From a virus: 64,000 nt of DNA. The stretch lies in IMG/VR virus record IMGVR_UViG_3300028578_000003, positions 64,001-128,000 of that record; one strand, written 5' to 3'. The position numbers and the translations under genes are program-made. Under the pieces are notes generated by a model that worked only from the letters and a program-made list of their open reading frames with translations, had not been told where the DNA came from and made no database searches. This document shows positions 38,210 through 45,385 of this stretch, piece by piece (position 1 is the stretch's first letter; every line of letters starts with the position of its first letter).

Positions 38210-38471
38210 GGGTCCGATCCTGGATGGTAGTCCCGACACAGCCGGCAATGTGGTGCACGCCACGCGCGTCGATGTGAAACCGCCCAAGATCGGACTCTAA
38301 AGACAGCGCGGGGCCAGCGCCCGTCGCGGCGCTGACCCAGCTACTGTTCATATTCAAGATCACCGGTGGCGTGACCCCCTACGCCGGTCGATGTGGCTGC
38401 GGTACCGTCGATCGCGGATGCCCCTCGCGTGGCGGTGCGCCGGGATGCCGGCGTATGAGGGGCATCCGGAC

Positions 38472-39323
38472 TCACGCCGCCTTCGTGCGCCGCTTGCGGG
38501 TCCTGGCGCCCTTCGGTCGACCGGTCTGCTTGATGGCGGAGAACTCGTACCACTCGTCGAGGCGCTCGTTGCCGTTGCCGTCCTCGATGGCGTCCGACAC
38601 CCACCACACGTCGGACTGGCCGGCGCGGTCCCGGCGGGGCGGCATGGCCTTGAGGATGCCCTTCTTCGCGCGGGTGAGTAGGAGCTCCACGGCCTGCTCG
38701 GTGTTGAGGTCGAAGTCGGGGTCCTTCGCCTTCATCTTCATGATGAAGGCGAAGGCCTGCTCCGCCCGGTACCTGTCGTTGCCCGCGAGGAAGCGGCGCC
38801 ACCCGTCGGACCTGACCTTGCGGTCCTTGGTCGTGATGTAGGCGCGCAGGGTGACGCGGGCGTAGCCCCGCATGTCGATCAGCCGCTTGTCCGCCAGGTA
38901 GCGGGCCTTGCGCTGCTCCCGGGTCTCGACCCGGATCGGGTCGTACACCCACCACCAGCCGAGGCTGGACATGTCCGGGTCGAACTCTTCTTTGTTCTCG
39001 TCGACGGGTACGGCGAATCCCCACGCCCGGGCCTCGTCGATGTCGCGTGGGTGGCGCAGCGCGTCGCGGATCCGGTACAGCCAGAACGAGGGCTGTTCCG
39101 TCATGCCGGCGAGGCTCAACGCCTGCTTGGCCCTGCCGATGAGCTGGTCGAGCTCGTCGTCGGTGGTGTGCCGGGTGATGCCCAGGTCGCTGGCGCGCAG
39201 GGTGTCCTCGTGCGAGAGGAAGTAGTCGTCGAGCCGTTCGGTGGGGACGAGCAGCCGCATCGGCCGGGTCTCCACGTCGGCGACGGCCGCATCGTGCGGT
39301 CCGGGGGTTGCTGTGCCCAGCAT
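38472..39323 (-). CDS. Hypothetical protein, possible MerR/Xis-like DNA-binding C-terminus
   Basis: GGAGG RBS; LIDMRGYA...MPP...GQSDVWWVSD...TGRP. Confidence 0.6.
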   Translation of the reverse strand: MLGTATPGPHDAAVADVETRPMRLLVPTERLDDYFLSHEDTLRASDLGITRHTTDDELDQLIGRAKQALSLAGMTEQPSFWLYRIRDALRHPRDIDEARAWGFAVPVDENKEEFDPDMSSLGWWWVYDPIRVETREQRKARYLADKRLIDMRGYARVTLRAYITTKDRKVRSDGWRRFLAGNDRYRAEQAFAFIMKMKAKDPDFDLNTEQAVELLLTRAKKGILKAMPPRRDRAGQSDVWWVSDAIEDGNGNERLDEWYEFSAIKQTGRPKGARTRKRRTKAA

Positions 39324-39387
39324 CGCCGGCACCTCCAGGTGTGGGTCAAGGGGGTGGCGCCCCCGGGTGATCTCGGGGGTTACCGTA

Positions 39388-39424
39388 ACCCTACGCCGCA
39401 CCCTGGAAAAGGTGCAACACGGTG
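39388..39424 (-). promoter_or_regulatory. Promoter CACCGTG-TTGCAC-N18-TAGGGT
   Basis: Near-consensus actinobacterial housekeeping -35/-10 plus repeated heptamer. Confidence 0.7.
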
Positions 39425-39447
39425 AAGTGTATTTTCGGTCTGGTCGG

Positions 39448-39828
39448 CTACCGGGCGGCGAGGACCCCAGCGGTGCCGTCGTCGGCGGCCTCGGCCACGG
39501 TCAGGACCAGGCCGGCCGGGGCGGACTGCTCCAGCTCGACGCGCCACACCGGTCTCTCATCGTAGTCGGGTAGCAGGTCGCGTAGCCCGGCCGGCGTGGA
39601 GTCGGCCGACGCGACCTGGATGACCTGGGCGTTCCACTTACCGCTGCGGCCGCCGGGCAGGTACAGCCGGCCGGTGCCCTTGCTGGCGGTCAGGCTGCGG
39701 CATCCGTGGCTGTCGTCGACCCCGACGGCCCAGCCGTTGTTGACGAGCACGGGCATGAGGTCGCGCAGCAGGGTTTCGGCGGCGATCCGCCGGAGCAGGA
39801 CCTCGGTGTGGCTGGTCGTGTCGGTCAT
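39448..39828 (-). CDS. Hypothetical protein
   Basis: TGATG coupling with DUF5999 gene. Confidence 0.6.
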   Translation of the reverse strand: MTDTTSHTEVLLRRIAAETLLRDLMPVLVNNGWAVGVDDSHGCRSLTASKGTGRLYLPGGRSGKWNAQVIQVASADSTPAGLRDLLPDYDERPVWRVELEQSAPAGLVLTVAEAADDGTAGVLAAR

Positions 39829-40031
39829 CAGGTGAGGGCGGCGTGGCGGGCGGGCCCGCGGTGGGCGGCGACAGCCGTGTTATCGGGGAGCAGTTCTCCG
39901 CCGTCGCCGAAGGAGATGACGCCGTTGCAGAGCAAGCTCCAGCCTTGCGTCGGGAAGCAGGCGATGGTGCGGGCGGCGTCGCGGTCGGGGGCGTCGGCGG
40001 AGGGGCAGGACGGTTGGTGTGGACACAACAT
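39828..40031 (-). CDS. DUF5999 family protein
   Basis: CPHQPSCPSADAPDRDAAR...QGWSLLCNGVISF.DGGELLPD. Confidence 0.85.
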   Translation of the reverse strand: MLCPHQPSCPSADAPDRDAARTIACFPTQGWSLLCNGVISFGDGGELLPDNTAVAAHRGPARHAALT

Positions 40032-40091
40032 CGGGGGGGCTCCTCGGTAACGCGGCGGGCCGGTTCGGCTACGGTCCGCGCTGTTCCCCTG

Positions 40092-40127
40092 AAGCTACTC
40101 CGCGTCCGGCAATTGCACTACACGGTG
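40092..40127 (-). promoter_or_regulatory. Promoter CACCGTG-N23-TAGCTT
   Basis: Repeated motif upstream of DUF5999 gene. Confidence 0.6.
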
Positions 40128-40312
40128 ACGTGAACTTTCTTCGATGCGGGTTCGGACACACCGATGCCCCGCCAAAAGTCGACTGGCGGGGCATCCGGGC
40201 CGCGCCGGGTTCGAGCTCGGTCAGGGCCGGCCGGCAGTGTCCGGTCCCCGGTCTTGGCTGGACGCTCACGTCGGGTCACGGACAGTGACCTTCGGGATGG
40301 CGGCGGCTAGAA

Positions 40313-40352
40313 TTCTAAGATCAACTTCTAAGATCAACTTCTAAAGATCAAC
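40313..40352. repeat. Three tandem AT-rich 13/14-mers TTCTAA(A)GATCAAC
   Basis: 40313-40325, 40326-40338, 40339-40352. Confidence 0.9.
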
Positions 40353-40807
40353 TAGTGTTTCCTGGCGCCAGTACGCAACACGATCACACCGCGGCCCCGC
40401 GCGGTCAGCATCGCACCGCCCGCGACCCGCCGCGCGTCCCGGCCACAGGTCGGACAGATCCACCAGGCGACCGGCAGCGCGATCGAGCAATCGGCCCCCT
40501 GACACCACACCGGCTCGACGCCGGCCAGCTCGCGGAGCTTCGCCCACATCCGCTCCTCATCGAGCCGGGTGGGCGCGTACCTGGCGGCCAACTCCGCCCA
40601 GGCCGACTCCAGCTCACGCTGGCCGTCCGCGCCGCCGTACCGGCGGTCCTCGCGGCGCCGCCCATTGCGGACCAGGCGGATCCAGCCACGCGGGTGGTCC
40701 TTCGGCGCGGCCGGATCACGCCAGTGCTGCACCGTGATGACCACCGTGCCGTCCGTCGACAGGCAATGCAGCTGTGCGTGCAGCCGGGCGCCAGACGGGA
40801 CCGTCAT
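40352..40807 (-). CDS. Hypothetical protein with C-terminal zinc ribbon; probably leaderless
   Basis: CQGADC...CPTCG; ATG 7 nt below a -10 box. Confidence 0.6.
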   Translation of the reverse strand: MTVPSGARLHAQLHCLSTDGTVVITVQHWRDPAAPKDHPRGWIRLVRNGRRREDRRYGGADGQRELESAWAELAARYAPTRLDEERMWAKLRELAGVEPVWCQGADCSIALPVAWWICPTCGRDARRVAGGAMLTARGRGVIVLRTGARKH

Positions 40808-40814
40808 GCGAGGC

Positions 40815-40881
40815 ACACTACACCACCACCTGAAAAATATGCGCCACCGCGTTGTGACCTTTCCTGTCGCCGGGGTACCTT
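40815..40881. promoter_or_regulatory. Symmetric bidirectional promoter around CACCGCG
   Basis: TAGTGT (-) and TACCTT (+) each exactly 24 nt from heptamer at 40845-40851; lies at strand switch. Confidence 0.7.
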
Positions 40882-40923
40882 CGCCGGGAGTCAACTGATC
40901 CCCCAAGCCAGGAGGCAACCTTC

Positions 40924-41748
40924 ATGGCCCAGGCCGCCACCCTCTCCGCACCACCCGTACCACCACCCACCCGCTATGGCAGCTCGTTCAGCGCGATCTA
41001 CGAGGTCGTGACCTCGCTGCCCCACGACCAGGTCTGCGCCCTGAACGACGCGTACCACACGGCCCACCACCGCGACGACTACGCCGCCTACGGCGCGGCG
41101 CTCGACCGGCTCGACGTCGTCCTGGGCCTGCTCGGCGTCCAGGAGCGCGACGACGACCTCGCCCAGGACGTCGCTTTCGCCATGCTGGCCCGCGACCGCG
41201 GCCTCATCAACGAGGCCGACTTCACCACCATCACCACCGCGTGGGTCGCTGCCGGCCTGCCGCTGCCGGCCACCTCCACCGGCGACGTCGACGACGACGT
41301 CCCCGTCACCAAGATGACCACCGACCGGATCTGCGACGAACTGGCCCACACGGCGGTCGACACCCCCAACGCCGGCGCGGTGCTCGCCCTGACCGGCTAC
41401 AACTACGGCGAGCTGCTCAGCTACGACATCGTGCGCGAGTTCATCGTCAAGGACGGCGCTGGGCTGCAGGTCCGGTGGAGCGACCTCGACTACGCGCTCA
41501 ACGAGGAGGGCGGGTTCCCGGCCGAGGGCGTGTTGTCCGGCGAGGCGCTCGGCTTCCTGGCCTTCGCCGTCTCGATGGCCACGGTCGCCGGCGCCGCGAT
41601 GCCCGGCAGCCAGAACGCCGAGGTCATGACGCTCGCCGTCTCCTACGCGCTCAACACCCATCGCATGATCGACACCCGCTGGGACAACGACTCAACCCCC
41701 GAAGCGGCGGCGTCCCCCACGCCGCCGGCGAGCGACCCCGGCGAGTAA
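40924..41748 (+). CDS. Hypothetical acidic protein
   Basis: AGGAGG RBS, strong GC3 bias. Confidence 0.75.
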   Translation: MAQAATLSAPPVPPPTRYGSSFSAIYEVVTSLPHDQVCALNDAYHTAHHRDDYAAYGAALDRLDVVLGLLGVQERDDDLAQDVAFAMLARDRGLINEADFTTITTAWVAAGLPLPATSTGDVDDDVPVTKMTTDRICDELAHTAVDTPNAGAVLALTGYNYGELLSYDIVREFIVKDGAGLQVRWSDLDYALNEEGGFPAEGVLSGEALGFLAFAVSMATVAGAAMPGSQNAEVMTLAVSYALNTHRMIDTRWDNDSTPEAAASPTPPASDPGE

Positions 41749-41764
41749 GGCCAGGGCCGCTCAG

Positions 41765-41806
41765 CGGAGCCCCCGACGCCCCCACCCCCAGGGCCCGGGG
41801 GCTCCG
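41765..41806. terminator. Stem-loop between convergent genes
   Basis: CGGAGCCCCCG / CGGGGGCTCCG. Confidence 0.6.
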
Positions 41807-41821
41807 TCATGTCCGGGGGCC

Positions 41822-42439
41822 TCAGCCACGGATCCGGTTGAACTGCTCACGGAGCTCGCGGGCGCCTTCCAGCGCGACCCGGGCGTCGGAGTACTCCGGC
41901 AGACGGGCGAGCACCTCAGCCGGCAGCAAACCCAGGGCGTACGCCACGGCGCTGGCCAACGCCCTGGACGGACGGCCGCTCAAATGCATCCCCGCCGCGT
42001 CGATCGCCTCCGCGAGCGCTTCCGGCCGCGCGGCGACGGCCAGCAGTTCCTCGCGGTGGTCGACGAGGAGCTCCGCGGCCTCGAAGACGGCCGCGTGGGT
42101 CCGTTCCAGCCAGCGCGTCATCGTCGGCGCGGGTGGCGCGGCCGGCACCTCGAGCTCGGCCGCGACCTCTTCGCGCGCGGCCGCACGCGCCTTGGCCAGA
42201 TCGGTGCGCCGGCCGGGTCTGAGCGGGCCCGGGCGGAACGCGTCGATCGTCGACGCGCGCCATCGTGGTCGGCGGCGGAACCTGCTTTCTCCCAGGTCAC
42301 CGGGGTCGTCCGGCTCCGGCGCCTGCTGCCGGCTGCGGTACGACCGCCACGTCGACTCGCCGATATTGAGCCGAGCGGCGACCTGGGCCGTGCCCAGCAG
42401 CGGGTCATCTTCAGGGCCATCTGGGCTGCTTGAGCTCAC
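41822..42439 (-). CDS. AlpA/Xis-like HTH DNA-binding protein
   Basis: LLGTAQVAARLNIGESTWRSYRSRQQAPEPD...PRWRASTIDAFR..PGRRTDL. Confidence 0.75.
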   Translation of the reverse strand: MSSSSPDGPEDDPLLGTAQVAARLNIGESTWRSYRSRQQAPEPDDPGDLGESRFRRRPRWRASTIDAFRPGPLRPGRRTDLAKARAAAREEVAAELEVPAAPPAPTMTRWLERTHAAVFEAAELLVDHREELLAVAARPEALAEAIDAAGMHLSGRPSRALASAVAYALGLLPAEVLARLPEYSDARVALEGARELREQFNRIRG

Positions 42440-42631
42440 CCGCCAACCTTACAACGCTGCGTTGTGGGGTGGCGGCGTCCCGCGGACGCGACGGTGCCCC
42501 CGACGCGCGCCGTGTTTGCGGGTTCCCAGCGCGCGTCGGGGGCACCGCGATTCAACGACACCCGGCGACAGTCGGACACCGTGTGTCGCCGACCCGACAC
42601 GTTGAGCGTCTGCGCGCAGGAAATGATGCGT

Positions 42632-42668
42632 CACCGTGTATTGCATTTACTGTGTGGCGGAGTAGTGT
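42632..42668 (+). promoter_or_regulatory. Promoter CACCGTG-N24-TAGTGT
   Basis: Repeated motif, contains TTGCAT. Confidence 0.7.
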
Positions 42669-42718
42669 GACGGGTGTTCAACCGAGTAGGTCAGCCTCCC
42701 CGACCAAGGCGGTGCACC

Positions 42719-43060
42719 TTGACGACCGACCAGCCACTGACCCCCATCGCCACCCGCTACACCGTGTGTGCGCTGCCGATCGACCACAAGAACGCCCGCT
42801 ACGTCAAGGTCTTCATCGACCGGCGGCCGGGCGACCAGTGGGTCGTCACCGACGGCGCCATCCCCGCCCAGTTCGCGGACGCCGCCGGGAAGTGGGCGTA
42901 CCGCGACTCCGACGCGACGGACTACGACACCTGGCAGGACCTGTTCCACCACGACTTCGAGACCGCCACCCGGCTCGCGCAGGACGCCGCTCAGGCCGCC
43001 CTCCGGGAGATGGGCGAGCGCTACGGAATCCAGCCAGACCAACCCGCCCTGGGGGACTGA
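42719..43060 (+). CDS. Hypothetical protein
   Basis: TRYTVCALP...WVVTD; AAGGCGG RBS. Confidence 0.65.
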   Translation: MTTDQPLTPIATRYTVCALPIDHKNARYVKVFIDRRPGDQWVVTDGAIPAQFADAAGKWAYRDSDATDYDTWQDLFHHDFETATRLAQDAAQAALREMGERYGIQPDQPALGD

Positions 43061-43065
43061 CGATC

Positions 43066-44265
43066 ATGAACGACGCCTACATCCAGACCAAAGGCGGCTT
43101 CTACCGCTGCGACGAGTGCAAGGCCGTGAAAGGCCCGCTCAACGCGCCCCCGCCCGGCTGCATCCACTGCCACTTCAACCGGCGGACCGGCGCCACGTTT
43201 ACGCAGATCGAGGTTGCCTTCCCCAACGCCCCCAGCGCCGAGGCGATCGAGCAGGACACCCGCGAAATCGAGGTCGCGATCCGGGACGCGTACTACGCCG
43301 CCGCCAACGCCCACCCCTCCGGGTACGTGCCGTTGGCCACGATCCGCGCCCTGCTGTCGAACGTCGACGGCCGGGAGGCGGTCGACGCCGCCCTGACCAA
43401 GCTTGCCTCACACTCCGACGTCTACTACTACCCGGCCGGCCACCTGGCCACGACCCGGACCAACCAGGAAGCCGCCCTCGCGATCGGCGGCACCTGGGAC
43501 CACTTCATCATGATCGACCCGCACGGCCGGGACCTGGGCGTCGCGTTCCAGGCGCTCCACATGAGCAGCCGGACCCGGGCGCTGTCGATCCTCGCGCCGC
43601 TCGGCCCCGACCAGATCAACCACCTCGCGACCAAGATGGGTGTCGCAGACGCGATCGGCGAGGACCTCGACGTCATCCGCGAACGCATCGCCGACCAGGC
43701 CGAGACCAACCGGCAGGAGTGGCTGTCCGACGCCCGGCAGGGCGCGGCGGACGGAACGCTGCTCTACCGCGCCGACAAAGAGCCCGACTGGGTGGCCAGC
43801 TGGAGCCCCGCCGAGAAGGTCGCCGCGAGCGAGGCGGCCGCCCGCCTGCTCGTCCGGGCCGACCGGGAGCAGTGCTGGGCGTTCGTCCGGGACCGTGCCA
43901 TGAGGTGGCTGTTCCCCGAGCGCGAGTTGCTGTGGGTCGACGGCGGCCCGGGCGCCGACTTCACCACCGCCGCCACGCGTCGGCGCACCGACGTCGGGGA
44001 CGGTGACGCCGCCGCGGGGGACCGGTACGCCGTCTACACCAAGCGCCACATCAACCGGACGGGCGCCGGGACGTGGATGCTGCGCTCCAGTGGCCCCTCC
44101 ACGACCGTGGCCGAGGAGTGGCCCAGCTACCAGCACGAGCCCCGGCCCGTCGCGGCGCACATGAGCGCGTGGCTCGACTACCAGGTCGCGGCTTTGCTGG
44201 GCGACGCCGGCATGCTCCGGGCCCGCCGCAACGACTCCCCCCGGGTCACAGCCACGGGTGACTGA
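43066..44265 (+). CDS. Multi-domain hypothetical protein (Zn ribbon, wHTH-like, helical domain)
   Basis: CDEC...CIHC; IRDAY...VPLATIRALL...REAVDAAL...AALAIGG. Confidence 0.7.
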   Translation: MNDAYIQTKGGFYRCDECKAVKGPLNAPPPGCIHCHFNRRTGATFTQIEVAFPNAPSAEAIEQDTREIEVAIRDAYYAAANAHPSGYVPLATIRALLSNVDGREAVDAALTKLASHSDVYYYPAGHLATTRTNQEAALAIGGTWDHFIMIDPHGRDLGVAFQALHMSSRTRALSILAPLGPDQINHLATKMGVADAIGEDLDVIRERIADQAETNRQEWLSDARQGAADGTLLYRADKEPDWVASWSPAEKVAASEAAARLLVRADREQCWAFVRDRAMRWLFPERELLWVDGGPGADFTTAATRRRTDVGDGDAAAGDRYAVYTKRHINRTGAGTWMLRSSGPSTTVAEEWPSYQHEPRPVAAHMSAWLDYQVAALLGDAGMLRARRNDSPRVTATGD

Positions 44266-44346
44266 CTCCCCCGTCCACGAACGGCCCGTCCCCTGGCGTG
44301 GTGGGGGGACGGGCCGGTCGTCATCTGCACACCGGGGTCCGGGAAA

Positions 44347-44391
44347 TCTACGTCACGGTGACTTGCATTTCCCCGTAGTTGGGGTAACGTG
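44347..44391 (+). promoter_or_regulatory. Promoter copy A (GTCACGGTGAC-TTGCAT...TAACGT)
   Basis: 43/45 identical to 45294-45338. Confidence 0.8.
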
Positions 44392-44425
44392 GCCGACACA
44401 AGGCAGCGAGCAAGGGAGAACCGGG

Positions 44426-44533
44426 ATGGACGTCACCGCCACCGCCAACGAGATCCGCGCCGCCGCCCGCCGCGCCACCCGCAGCGCGCTGGCCGACGCC
44501 ACCCTGCCGATCGTCTACACCGCCACCCGCTGA
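44426..44533 (+). CDS. Very small hypothetical protein (35 aa)
   Basis: AAGGGAG RBS after promoter A. Confidence 0.4.
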   Translation: MDVTATANEIRAAARRATRSALADATLPIVYTATR

Positions 44534-44556
44534 CCCGACCACCCAGGAGGCGAAAG

Positions 44557-44832
44557 ATGACCACCACGCCCACTAAGCCCAAGCCCGGCGCGCGGATCAC
44601 CGAGGACGACGTCGTCGAAGGACTGCGGGTCACCGACGGCACCCGAGTCGGCACGATCGCCGTCGACCCCGAGACCCTGGACGTCTTCCAGGAAGGCGAC
44701 GAACTGGGTTGGGACGAGAAGACCATGGGCCCCATCGGCGTGTGCGTGAACTGGGACGGCCGCTCCCGCTGGCCCGGCACCACCTACACCGGGATCAACG
44801 TGCTGCGTGTCGCTGATAATGGATTGAGGTAA
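44557..44832 (+). CDS. Hypothetical SH3-like protein
   Basis: AGGAGG RBS; GLRV...VGTI...VNWDG. Confidence 0.6.
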   Translation: MTTTPTKPKPGARITEDDVVEGLRVTDGTRVGTIAVDPETLDVFQEGDELGWDEKTMGPIGVCVNWDGRSRWPGTTYTGINVLRVADNGLR

Positions 44833-44837
44833 AGAAG

Positions 44838-45062
44838 ATGAGGACCACCGATCAACACCTTGCGGCGCTGTTGTCCATGAACACCCGCAGCGAGGCTGCG
44901 GAGTACGTCGCCAAGATCCGGGGCGCGGGCCTCCACGACCTCGCCAACCGGCTATCCGTCAGGACCGACGTGTCGGTGGCTCAGATCCGCCAAAACGTCA
45001 TCGACGCCACCGCCGGAACTCGCGAGGACACGGCCGCGATCCGCTCCCACGGGTGGCGCTGA
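44838..45062 (+). CDS. Small helical hypothetical protein
   Basis: GAGG RBS; similar to an internal segment of the 43066 protein. Confidence 0.6.
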   Translation: MRTTDQHLAALLSMNTRSEAAEYVAKIRGAGLHDLANRLSVRTDVSVAQIRQNVIDATAGTREDTAAIRSHGWR

Positions 45063-45293
45063 CCTCGACCGATGAACCATGGTGGCTGGTTACGTGGTGG
45101 TATCCGGCCAGTCGCTCGGTGACATCCCGGACTGGGACTTCGAGGACATCACGAGTCTCCCCCGACCCTCGCAGACGGGTAAGCCACACCACTGTTCAGC
45201 GGATCTCGGGGCAGGTTGACTGACGCCCCTCTCCTGCGCGCCTGACGGCCCGACCCGAGCTGGGGGTCGGGCCGTTCGTAATGTGCACGGAAG

Positions 45294-45338
45294 TCTACGT
45301 CACGGTGACTTGTATTTTCCCGTAGTTGGGGTAACGTG
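45294..45338 (+). promoter_or_regulatory. Promoter copy B
   Basis: 43/45 identical to 44347-44391. Confidence 0.8.
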
Positions 45339-45385
45339 AGCGGTACCGGGCGAGCCCAAGCGCCCACCGGCCCAGGAGGCAACAC

